In this document: one piece after another, positions 1 to 7,974 of the stretch
How positions within the stretch are numbered: position 1 is the stretch's first letter
How the letters are laid out: each line of letters opens with the position of its first letter
Assembly (NCBI GenBank): GCA_900319345.1
Contig: ONNZ01000008.1
Location: forward strand, 14,057-78,056
Source of the DNA: an uncultured Eubacteriales bacterium
Lineage (GTDB): Bacteria; Bacillota; Clostridia; Christensenellales; CAG-138
Reading direction: 5' to 3'
DNA: 64,000 nucleotides
The notes under the pieces: generated by a model
Database searches by the model: none
The model's input: only the letters and a program-made list of their open reading frames with translations
Told to the model about the DNA's origin: nothing
Program-made: the position numbers and the translations under genes

Positions 1-1047
1 GGCTCGCGTCCCGTCCGGAGACACGGCGATATCGTTCACCCGCACGTTCTGGTTGTTGAAGCTGGAAACGACGGTGAGAGGCTCGATATACAGGGCTTTT
101 CGAAGCTGTGTCATGAGCTCCTCGCGGCGCATGCCCTCGTTCTCGTCGCTGATGGCCAGGGCCTCCAGGAGCATGCTGGCCGCCGTACGCTTTTCACCGG
201 TCTGCAGTGCGCCGGTGGCGCGCTCGATGCGCTCTCCCAGATCGTTGAAGATGGCTTCCTTGCGGGCCTGCTCCTTTTTGCGCTCCTCCTCCTCTGCCCG
301 GGCTTTTTCCGCTTCGGCGCGTGCCTTTTCCTCCTCGGCGCGTGCCTTTTCCTCCTCGGCGCGGACACGCTCCGCTTCGGCGATCTGAGCCTGCTGCTCG
401 GCTTCCTGCCGGAGCCGTTCCGCCCGGGCGTGGTTCACGCTCAGGAACACGGCCAGCCCCGCGGCGGCCACCAGGGCGGTGGCGGAGATGACGGCCACCT
501 TCTTCTTCGTCCGCTGCCGCTCCCGCTGCTTCAGCTCGTCATAGGTGACCGAGAGCATGGGGGCCAGCAGGCGCAGCTTCTCGTCATTAAGCTTTTTCTT
601 CCAGTCGGCGCCTCTGAGGTTGGCCGCCAGAGGCTCCACTTCCGCCGTATTTCCAGCTTCGTCCACGGTGAACCGCAGCCGTTCCGGGAAGCTGTTCTCC
701 GGCTCGCCCTCCACCAAAACAGCCAGGACCCGGTCCTGCCCCTTCTTTTCGATGAAGTATTCCAGCTCCCGCTGGCACCACCGGCTCTCCAGATACCGGG
801 GGGAACAGATGGCAATAAACCATTCGCTTTCGTCAAGGGCCGCCTGGATGTCGTCGCCCAGATTGGCGGACAGGGGCAGTTCCTCCTGGTCCCGGAACAC
901 CCGCCCCAGCCGTGTTTTGCCGGTCTTGGCACGCATGTTGGCCGGGACGCTGTAGGTCTCGATGGCGGTGTGCAGGGCCTTGGCGATCACGTTGTCCGGG
1001 CTCTGATGTCGATAGCTGATAAAAGCGCAATACCGTTGCTGTTCCAT
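1..1047 (-). CDS. TIR-domain single-pass membrane protein, N-terminal 349 codons only (continues past left edge)
   Basis: Absent from the ORF track because it is open at the window edge. My translation from ATG 1047 (AAAGGAA 7 nt upstream) reads MEQQRYCAFISYRHQSPDN...SPRYLESRWCQRELEYF. That gives TIR motifs, with the WCxxE glutamate codon at 766-768. It is followed by RERQRTKKK-VAVISATALVAAAGLAVFLSV (a TM helix) and an EEKARAE coiled coil. The visible part ends ...VNDIAVSPDGTRA. Confidence 0.8.
   Translation of the reverse strand, partial: MEQQRYCAFISYRHQSPDNVIAKALHTAIETYSVPANMRAKTGKTRLGRVFRDQEELPLSANLGDDIQAALDESEWFIAICSPRYLESRWCQRELEYFIEKKGQDRVLAVLVEGEPENSFPERLRFTVDEAGNTAEVEPLAANLRGADWKKKLNDEKLRLLAPMLSVTYDELKQRERQRTKKKVAVISATALVAAAGLAVFLSVNHARAERLRQEAEQQAQIAEAERVRAEEEKARAEEEKARAEAEKARAEEEERKKEQARKEAIFNDLGERIERATGALQTGEKRTAASMLLEALAISDENEGMRREELMTQLRKALYIEPLTVVSSFNNQNVRVNDIAVSPDGTRA
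316..357. repeat. perfect 21-nt tandem duplication (partial third unit to about 370) inside the TIR-protein coiled coil
   Basis: ggcgcgtgccttttcctcctc occurs at 316-336 and again at 337-357. On the minus strand it encodes EEKARAE heptads. Confidence 0.9.
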
Positions 1048-1098
1048 GGGACATTCCTTTCTGGGACGCGGAGGGAAAAGAGATGCTTGGGTCGGTTC

Positions 1099-2139
1099 CT
1101 ATAGATATTCCACCCTAAATCCGGCGGAGCGCAGGAGGCGATTCATAAAGGCCAGGCCCGTGCCCTCGGTGCCGATGCCCTCGGAAAGGATCACGTCGGC
1201 CTCCTGATCCAGCTCCCGAAGGAGGGAGAAGAGGCGGCTGCAGAGGGTGGTGGGGTCCCGGCGGGTGCCCAAAAGGGCGCAGCGGCGGGGGCCGTAGAAG
1301 GGCAGGGCCTCCGCTGTGGCGGCGATGTACGGTCGTTTGCCCACGGCGACGAACTGGTCGTAGAGGGCCGAGAGGCGCGCCGCAGCAGCCTGGGCCTCTC
1401 CTACCACCACCAGCACCTGGGCGTTGGGGGCGTAGTGCTTGTACTTCATGCCCGGGGAGGCGGCCTTTTCACCTTCGCCCAGGGGGGCCAGGATGCTGGG
1501 GGCCAGGGCCACCTCGCCCAAAACGGCGGCCAGCATCTCCTTGGTGACGGCGCCGGGGCGCAGGATGGTGGGGACGCCCACCAAGGACAGGACCGTGGAC
1601 TCCACGCCGTAGCGGCAGGGGCCCCCGTCCAAAATGAGGGGGATGCGCCCGTCCATGTCCTGGAGGACGTGGGCTGTGGTGGTGGGGCTGGGCTTGCCGG
1701 ACAGGTTGGCGCTGGGGGCGGCGATGGGCACCCCCGCCGCGGCGATAAGGGCCCGGGCAGCCTCATTGTCCGGCATGCGGACCGCCACGGTGTTGAGGCC
1801 TGCGGTCACCTCGTCGGGGACCATGTCCGAACGATAATAGATCAGCGTCAGGGGCCCCGGCCAGAAGGTGTCCATGAGGGCCCGGGCGTGGGGCGGCTCC
1901 CCAGCCCACAGGCGGAAGGCAGCCTCCTTCTCGGCCACGTGCAAAATCAGCGGGTTGTCGTTGGGACGGCCCTTGGCTTCGAAGATCCGGTCCACCGCCG
2001 CCCCATCGAGGCCGTTGGCCCCCAAGCCATAGACCGTCTCCGTGGGAAAGGCCACCAGCCCGCCGGCGCGAAGGATCTCTGCGCCTTCCCTTGCCGCCGT
2101 ATTAAAATCTTGTAGTACGGAAATTACTTTCGTTTCCAT
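1099..2139 (-). CDS. tsaC: L-threonylcarbamoyladenylate synthase, Sua5/YwlC type
   Basis: 346 aa with LVAFPTETVYGLGANG and EAKGRPNDNPLILHV motifs and a long Sua5-type C-terminal domain. It follows prfA-prmC as in other Firmicutes. Confidence 0.9.
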   Translation of the reverse strand: METKVISVLQDFNTAAREGAEILRAGGLVAFPTETVYGLGANGLDGAAVDRIFEAKGRPNDNPLILHVAEKEAAFRLWAGEPPHARALMDTFWPGPLTLIYYRSDMVPDEVTAGLNTVAVRMPDNEAARALIAAAGVPIAAPSANLSGKPSPTTTAHVLQDMDGRIPLILDGGPCRYGVESTVLSLVGVPTILRPGAVTKEMLAAVLGEVALAPSILAPLGEGEKAASPGMKYKHYAPNAQVLVVVGEAQAAAARLSALYDQFVAVGKRPYIAATAEALPFYGPRRCALLGTRRDPTTLCSRLFSLLRELDQEADVILSEGIGTEGTGLAFMNRLLRSAGFRVEYL

Positions 2140-2146
2140 AATGAAT

Positions 2147-2225
2147 CATCTTCTTGGGCTTCTCTTTTTTCGGTCCCTTTTTCCTCTTCACCTGAAGAGA
2201 AAAAAGGGACAAAAGAAGAAAGTTA
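2147..2225. repeat. AG/CT-rich hairpin repeat family, solo copy A
   Basis: Hairpin 2173-2210: gtccctttttcctcttc-acct-gaagagaaaaaagggac. The left flank cttcttgggcttctcttttttcg and right flank aaaagaagaaagTTA match copies C and D. The right end abuts the prfA stop codon. Confidence 0.75.
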
Positions 2226-3293
2226 CGCATCCTCTCCCGACAGCTGCCGGGTCCGTTCGGCCAGGATCAGGGCGTCGATGAGCTCGTCCATATCCCCGTC
2301 CATGAACTGCTCCAGCTTGTAGAGGGTCAGGTTGATCCTGTGGTCCGTGACCCGGTTCTGGGGGAAGTTATAGGTCCGAATGCGCTCGCTCCGATCCCCA
2401 GACCCCACCATGCTCTTTCTCGCGCTGGACACGGCGGCGTCCTGCTTGGACTGGTACAGGTCGTAGATACGGCTGCGCAGCACCTGCATGGCCTTGTCCT
2501 TGTTCTTATACTGGCTCCGCTCGTCCTGGCAGGCCACCACGATGCCCGTGGGGATGTGGGTGATGCGGATGGCGGAGGAGGTCTTGTTCACGTGCTGGCC
2601 GCCGGCGCCGCTGCTCCTGTAGGTGTCGATCTGGATGTCCGAATCCTTGATCTCCACCTGCACCTCGTCCACCTGGGGCATCACCGCCACGGTGGCGGCG
2701 CTGGTGTGGATGCGGCCCTGGCTCTCGGTCTCGGGCACCCGCTGGACCCGGTGGACGCCGCTTTCGAACTTCAGCCGGGAGTAGGCCCCCTTGCCGGAGA
2801 CGGTGAGGACCACCTCCTTGACGCCGCCCATCTCGGTCCGGTTGTCCTCCACGAGCTCCACGGCGTACCGATGGCGCTCGGCGTACCGCTGGTACATCCT
2901 GAGAAGGTCCCCACCGAACAGGGACGCCTCCTCACCGCCGGTGCCGGCCCGGATCTCCAATATCACGTCCTTCTCGTCGTTGGGGTCCTTGGGGAGCAGC
3001 AGGAGCTTCAGCTCCTCGGTGATGGTCTCCTCGTCGGCCTTGAGCTGGTCCAGCTCCAGCAGCGTCAGCTCCTTCATGTCGGGCTCCAGATGCTCCTCCA
3101 GCATGTCCCGGCAGTCGGCCTGCTCGCTGAGGTTCTTCTCGTACCGGTCGATGACCGCCACGATCTCCTCCAGCTGCACCCGTTCCCGGTTCAGCTCCTT
3201 CCAGGCGTCCATGTCCGCCATGGCGTCGGGGGACGACAGGAGCCGCCCCAGTTCCTCGTATCGGGCCTTCAGTTTGTTCAGCTTCTCTCTCAT
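2223..3293 (-). CDS. prfA: peptide chain release factor 1
   Basis: Carries the GGQHVNKT (GGQ) motif and [16 protein letters not shown] (PxT). Start trimmed to ATG 3293 ([15 protein letters not shown]) with GGAGAGG upstream. The track ORF has a 77-aa Pro/Gly/Arg-rich spurious extension. Confidence 0.95.
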   Translation of the reverse strand: MREKLNKLKARYEELGRLLSSPDAMADMDAWKELNRERVQLEEIVAVIDRYEKNLSEQADCRDMLEEHLEPDMKELTLLELDQLKADEETITEELKLLLLPKDPNDEKDVILEIRAGTGGEEASLFGGDLLRMYQRYAERHRYAVELVEDNRTEMGGVKEVVLTVSGKGAYSRLKFESGVHRVQRVPETESQGRIHTSAATVAVMPQVDEVQVEIKDSDIQIDTYRSSGAGGQHVNKTSSAIRITHIPTGIVVACQDERSQYKNKDKAMQVLRSRIYDLYQSKQDAAVSSARKSMVGSGDRSERIRTYNFPQNRVTDHRINLTLYKLEQFMDGDMDELIDALILAERTRQLSGEDA

Positions 3294-4039
3294 ATCCTCT
3301 CCACCCATGCGACCCGATCCAGGCCGCAGATGTCCTTCAGTATCCTTGCACCGGGAAACAGCCCCCGCACCGCCGCCCCCTGGGTATGGCCGATCTCCAG
3401 GAGCAGCAGCCCTCCGGGGGCCACATGGTCCGCCCATGCCGCGGCCAGCCGCCGGTAGAAGTCCAGGCCGTCCTCCCCGCCGAACAGGGCCAGGGCGGGC
3501 TCGAAGGTGAGCTCCTTCTGGCAATTCTCCATCTCCGCCGCTGTCAGGTAGGGCGGGTTGCAGGCGATCAGATCGTAGACCCCCGGCACATCGGCCAGCA
3601 GGTCGCTCTCGTAAAACGGGCCGTCCACGCCGATTTTTTCAGCGTTCCGCTTCGCCAGGGCCAGGGCATCGGGAGAGATGTCCGCGAAGGACACCCGGGC
3701 CCTGCCCAGCTTGGAAAGGCTCACGCCGATGCACCCCGTGCCGCAGCACAGGTCCAGGACCCGGGCGCCGGGCCGGATCTTCAGCCAGCCCAGAGCCGCC
3801 TCGCACAGGGTCTCCGTGTCCTGCCGGGGGATCAGGGCCCCGGGCCCCACAAAGAAGGGCAGTCCCATGAACTCCCATTCCCCCAGGATGTACTGGAGGG
3901 GTTCGCCTTTAAGCCGCCGGGCGACGGCGGCCCGGAGCCATGCTTCGTCAGCCGAAGCTTCCAGCAAAAACTTCGCTTCGATCTCAGCCTCCGCTCCCGC
4001 CGCCGGGCGCAGGGCGTCTATCAGCTCACGCTTGGTCAT
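3290..4039 (-). CDS. prmC: release-factor glutamine N5-methyltransferase
   Basis: NPPYL motif plus the GTGCIG SAM-binding motif. Start ATG 4039 ([10 protein letters not shown]). ATGA overlap with the prfA start. Confidence 0.9.
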   Translation of the reverse strand: MTKRELIDALRPAAGAEAEIEAKFLLEASADEAWLRAAVARRLKGEPLQYILGEWEFMGLPFFVGPGALIPRQDTETLCEAALGWLKIRPGARVLDLCCGTGCIGVSLSKLGRARVSFADISPDALALAKRNAEKIGVDGPFYESDLLADVPGVYDLIACNPPYLTAAEMENCQKELTFEPALALFGGEDGLDFYRRLAAAWADHVAPGGLLLLEIGHTQGAAVRGLFPGARILKDICGLDRVAWVERI

Positions 4040-5009
4040 CCGCGTTTTCCGGGGCCGCTTCCGCCGGCGCTTCCGGCTGCGAGCCCACCGCCGCACGAAC
4101 GTCGTGATCCGGCGGGTCCATGGCCAGGTTGAAGGCCGCCAGGGCCACCTCCACCATGTCCGCCGTAGGCTCGGCGGTGGTGATGTGCTGGAGCGCCAGG
4201 CCCGGGGCCCGGACCGCCCGGGCCAGCCACCCGTCGGAGGCGGCGGCCGCCTTGAGCACCTCATAGGCCAATCCCGCCACCAGGGGGATGAACAGCAATC
4301 GCGTCAGCACCCGGGGCAGGAAGGCCCGGACCGGGATGCAGGCGAAGAACAGGATGGACACCATCATGACCAGGAACAGGTAGTTGGTGCCGCACCGGGG
4401 ATGGAGCCGGGTATACTTCAGGATGTTCTCAGGGGTCATCTCCCCCTCGGCCTCGTAGCAGGCGATGGTCTTGTGCTCGGCCCCATGGTACATGAACACC
4501 CGATGGATGTCCTTGATCCGGGAGATGGCCAGCAGGTAGCCGATGAAGATGAGCAGCCGCACCACGCCCTCCAGCAGGCTCACCAGGAAGGTGCTCTCGA
4601 TCTTGAGGAAGCTCACCACCAGGGAGGGCAGGATCACGAACAGGCCCACGGCCAGAGCCGCCGCCAGGACCACTGCCACGGTCATGGCCATGTCCCCCGC
4701 GGACTTACCCAGCTTCTTCGACAACCATTTCTCGAATTTGGTGGGCTCCTCCGTCATCTCCTCCCCCAACAGCTCCGCGCTGCGGGTGGTGATCCTCATG
4801 CCGCCGGACAGGGCCTCCACGAAGGCATAGACCCCCCGGACCACCGGCCAGGTGGGGAAGGTCCCCTTCTTGTGCTGCTTTTTATTCTGATAGTATTCGG
4901 TAACGATGGTGCCGTCGCTCTGACGCACGGCCAACGCGGTGCCGTTCTCGGGGTTCTTCATCATGACCCCCTCCATGACGGCCTGTCCGCCCACGGTGCA
5001 TCGCTTCAT
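4026..5009 (-). CDS. DUF1385 (YqhQ-like) membrane protein
   Basis: MKRCTVGGQAVMEGVMMKNP... is a typical DUF1385 N-terminus, followed by multiple TM helices. Position upstream of prmC-prfA is conserved. Start ATG 5009 with AGGGAGG. Confidence 0.8.
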   Translation of the reverse strand: MKRCTVGGQAVMEGVMMKNPENGTALAVRQSDGTIVTEYYQNKKQHKKGTFPTWPVVRGVYAFVEALSGGMRITTRSAELLGEEMTEEPTKFEKWLSKKLGKSAGDMAMTVAVVLAAALAVGLFVILPSLVVSFLKIESTFLVSLLEGVVRLLIFIGYLLAISRIKDIHRVFMYHGAEHKTIACYEAEGEMTPENILKYTRLHPRCGTNYLFLVMMVSILFFACIPVRAFLPRVLTRLLFIPLVAGLAYEVLKAAAASDGWLARAVRAPGLALQHITTAEPTADMVEVALAAFNLAMDPPDHDVRAAVGSQPEAPAEAAPENADDQA

Positions 5010-5153
5010 AGGTCCTCCCTTCCCCCGCCAGCCGTATCGACGGGGCATACTAATTTAGGTTATCATAGCATACCAAGCGGCTTGCCGCAAGCGATAATGC
5101 GCCCCAGGCGCAATTCATGTTGCCGGACAATTCATGCCGCCAGGCACTTCAAT

Positions 5154-5181
5154 AAAAAAGCGCCCCGCTCTCACGAGGCGC
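5154..5181 (-). terminator. intrinsic terminator after the GNAT gene
   Basis: Minus strand reads GCGCCTCG-loop-CGGGGCGC followed by TTTTTT. Confidence 0.7.
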
Positions 5182-5195
5182 CATATACCCATCCT

Positions 5196-5648
5196 TTACA
5201 GGCGATACATCAGGTTCAGGCAGTCCGGCACGCCCGGGTCCACATAGCCGGTGTCGACGAAGGCCGCCCCTTCGAACAGCGCCAGGGCGGCATCGTTCTC
5301 CCGGTGGACGCAGACCTCCACGTCCGCATACTTTTTCTCCTGCCGCAGCCGGTCCAGGAGGAGGCCCAGCGCAGCCGCCCCATAGCCCCGGCCCTGAAAG
5401 CGCCTATCGATCATGAACTGCTGCAGATCGTAGCAGGCCGGCTCCTCGTCCATATCCTTTACCAGGAGCAAGCCCACCGGCTCCCCCTCCGCCAGGATGG
5501 CCAGCACCCGGGCCCGCTGGGTCCGGTACACGTAGCCCCTGGCCAGGATGCCCAGGGGGCTGTCCAAAAAGCGGCGCTGCTCCGGCGCCACGTCCAGCCG
5601 CCGAAGGGCCTCGAAGTTGTTTTCGTCGACGTCTGCTGAACGGATCAT
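5196..5648 (-). CDS. GNAT family N-acetyltransferase
   Basis: 150 aa with RRFQGRGYGAAAL, an acetyl-CoA binding Q/RxxGxG/A motif. Confidence 0.85.
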   Translation of the reverse strand: MIRSADVDENNFEALRRLDVAPEQRRFLDSPLGILARGYVYRTQRARVLAILAEGEPVGLLLVKDMDEEPACYDLQQFMIDRRFQGRGYGAAALGLLLDRLRQEKKYADVEVCVHRENDAALALFEGAAFVDTGYVDPGVPDCLNLMYRL

Positions 5649-5674
5649 ACTGTTTTTGCCTCCTTTTGGGTAGG

Positions 5675-5702
5675 AAAAGCGCCCCGTTCAATAACGAGGC
5701 GC
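5675..5702 (-). terminator. intrinsic terminator after the beta-propeller gene
   Basis: Same 8-bp stem as 5154-5181 (GCGCCTCG / CGGGGCGC) followed by TTTTCC on the minus strand. Confidence 0.6.
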
Positions 5703-5717
5703 TTGTATCGACAGTCA

Positions 5718-7586
5718 CTATGACAACCGGATGAAGAAAATGGTCTGATCGCCTCGGCTGCCCAGCACCATCATGTCGCCAAAGAGGGCCGGAGAAGCCT
5801 CGAAGTTGCTGCCATTCTTGGTGGGGCTGATCTTGTCCAGCACGGAACCCGTGCGGCCGTCCACGAGGAAGATGTCCCCGCCGCTGTCCGCCTGAACGAG
5901 ATACCCGTCGCCCTTGCTGTTGTAGAAGATGGCGGGGGACGACCATGCGTAGTGCTCCATAGGCATGGTCCAGGCCACCTCCATGGTGTCCTTGTAGAGG
6001 GCCACCAGCACGCCCTTGTCCTTGCCGTTATAGCGGGCGAAGGGCACGAACACGAGATCGCTCAGGTTGTTCTTCCCCACCGCCGCCGTGGCCTGGATGC
6101 CGCCGGACACGCCGGAGACGGTCTCCACCGTCAGCTGGTACTGGCCCACGATCTCGCCGGTCATGGCGTTGATCTTGAAGAAGGGGGTCACGCCCTTGTG
6201 GCCGCTGTCCTGGGTGAAGTGGAGGGAGGTGCCCACGTACAGGTACGCCTCTGTCTCCGAGATCACCTCCAGCACCGGGGAGGCGTTGGTGTCGTCCTTG
6301 GTGTCGGCGATCCACTTGACCTGCATGGTGTTGAGGTCGATGCACTGGAAGAGGCCGTCGTTGGACGCAAGATAGATGAACCCGTTCCAGACGGAGGCGC
6401 TGCCCTCGTAGCCCAGCCACTTGTGGGAGGAATCCGCCTTGTCGATCTGGTCGTAGGAGTTGTTGCTGTCGTACCGGAGCTTGACGATGTGGGAGGGATT
6501 CACGCTGATGGTGCCGCCCCGAGCGTCGAAGACCGTGTTCAGCTTCATGGTGTACAGGATGCCCGTCTCCGCCGGCCAGATCAGGGTGTCGGTGGCCTCG
6601 TCCACCAACGGCGCGCTGTCGTAGGCGTTCCAATTGCGTTTGGCGAAGGGCTCCTTGCCCTGGATGCCGAACTCGTAGAGCTTGCGGCCGTCGATCAGGG
6701 AGATGATCATGGCCCGGGACTTCTGGTCCTCCTCCTCGTATTCGTCGCCGGAGCCCACGTAAAGGATCGGCAGGCCCCGAGGATCCACGGAACCGGTGCC
6801 CTTGAAGGGCATCCTGAAGTTCAAGTCGTCCCGGGTCTTCTTCCCGGTCTCCAGATCGAGGAAGTAGATGTGGCCGTCCTCGGTGGGGTAGATGACCTCC
6901 ACCAGATTGGTCTTCTGCTTGGCCCAGTCGTACAGATTCATGACCGACTTCACCTCGTCGGACCACTGGACGATCAGGGGCTGTCCCGTCCAGCCGCAGC
7001 CGGACCAGCTGCCCTTGCCGCTGCGGTTTCCCTTCTTCAGGGAGCCGATGGATACCTTCTCCACCATGGACATCTTGTACTCCGTCAGGTTCAGCTCCTT
7101 GGCCGCGGACAGGTTCCGGTAGTTGTTGCCTCGGAAGGTCAGCACCCCGTCCACCGCCGCATACTCGTCAGCGTCGCCGAAGCTGATCTTGTCCTGCCGC
7201 ATGTAGTTCGAGGCGTCCACGTCCTTGCCGTCCACCTGCAGATGGGGCACGTAGCCGTATCGGCTGGGGTTGCTGTTCTCCACGAAGTGGGGCGTGGGCT
7301 TGGGCGTTGGGGTGGGGGTGGGCACCGGCGTGGGTGTCGGCGTGGGACTGGGCGTGGGCGTCGGCGTCTCCTTCACCAGGAACTGGAAGATGCCGCCCTT
7401 CTTCTGGCCCTCGGTGCTCTGGATGGGCGCTGTCGTGCTTTCTGTGTTGCCGCCGCCGGAGAAGAGGGAAACGAGAAGCAGTACGAGAACGCCCAAAGCC
7501 AGCACCAGCAGCGCCACCACCAGGAAAAACCGGGGGCGTATGATGAGCCGCCTGCGCTTCTTATGCTTTTTCTTTTTTGTCGCCAT
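5718..7586 (-). CDS. N-terminally anchored PQQ-like (BamB-type) beta-propeller repeat protein
   Basis: 622 aa. KKKKHKKRRR followed by a TM helix, then a TPTPTPSPTPTPTPVPTPTPTPKPTP linker. Repeated propeller-blade motifs follow (GHIYFLDLETGKK, GLFQCIDLNTMQVKW, GDIFLVDGRTGSV). Confidence 0.75.
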   Translation of the reverse strand: MATKKKKHKKRRRLIIRPRFFLVVALLVLALGVLVLLLVSLFSGGGNTESTTAPIQSTEGQKKGGIFQFLVKETPTPTPSPTPTPTPVPTPTPTPKPTPHFVENSNPSRYGYVPHLQVDGKDVDASNYMRQDKISFGDADEYAAVDGVLTFRGNNYRNLSAAKELNLTEYKMSMVEKVSIGSLKKGNRSGKGSWSGCGWTGQPLIVQWSDEVKSVMNLYDWAKQKTNLVEVIYPTEDGHIYFLDLETGKKTRDDLNFRMPFKGTGSVDPRGLPILYVGSGDEYEEEDQKSRAMIISLIDGRKLYEFGIQGKEPFAKRNWNAYDSAPLVDEATDTLIWPAETGILYTMKLNTVFDARGGTISVNPSHIVKLRYDSNNSYDQIDKADSSHKWLGYEGSASVWNGFIYLASNDGLFQCIDLNTMQVKWIADTKDDTNASPVLEVISETEAYLYVGTSLHFTQDSGHKGVTPFFKINAMTGEIVGQYQLTVETVSGVSGGIQATAAVGKNNLSDLVFVPFARYNGKDKGVLVALYKDTMEVAWTMPMEHYAWSSPAIFYNSKGDGYLVQADSGGDIFLVDGRTGSVLDKISPTKNGSNFEASPALFGDMMVLGSRGDQTIFFIRLS

Positions 7587-7927
7587 GATTGGCCCTCCTT
7601 GTATTATACCCGGCCATACACCGCGAGTCGGTCCCCTTCGCCGGGAAATGCGCTATGTTTGGGGCGTAAAAATTTTCCGATTCTTTGCGGTTTTTTCTTC
7701 CAAAGAGAGGGCGTCCGAACCGCATTTAGCGGCTTTTTGCCTCGCATGGTCTACATATGGGGACTCTGAACGAATGTTTATACCTTCGCATATTGACCAC
7801 TATATGCATTATAACAGGTGGTTTTGAACAGGGTTTTATGGAATTGTAAACATCCTACGTATAAACTGTGCATATTCTATGTCCGCATAAATATACTATT
7901 TATCGCCATAAATATACATCCCCAAAC

Positions 7928-7955
7928 AAAAAAACCTGTCCCGAAGGACAGGCCT
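7928..7955 (-). terminator. intrinsic terminator
   Basis: Minus strand reads CCTGTCC-ttcg-GGACAGG followed by TTTTTTTG, 20 nt after the stop at 7975. Confidence 0.8.
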
Positions 7956-7974
7956 TTAATCTAAAGAAGCTTCA

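Noticed and set aside
2147-2225. Outer hairpins of the repeat family as IS200/IS605-type transposon ends or as simple intrinsic terminators
   Set aside because: No tnpA/tnpB or RAYT gene is in the window, and the TTAC next to copies A and D is on the wrong side for IS608-like insertion. The outer hairpins also lack a downstream U-tract in either orientation; only the central hairpin of full copies looks terminator-like.
2223-3524. N-terminal extensions in many track ORFs: prfA +77 aa, prmC +75, purine permease +47, ABC permease +38, recF +54, flavodoxin-TM +143, eamA +146
   Set aside because: The extensions are Pro/Gly/Arg-rich, overlap the upstream gene or promoter, and lack an RBS. The internal ATG/GTG starts have SD sequences and give canonical family N-termini.
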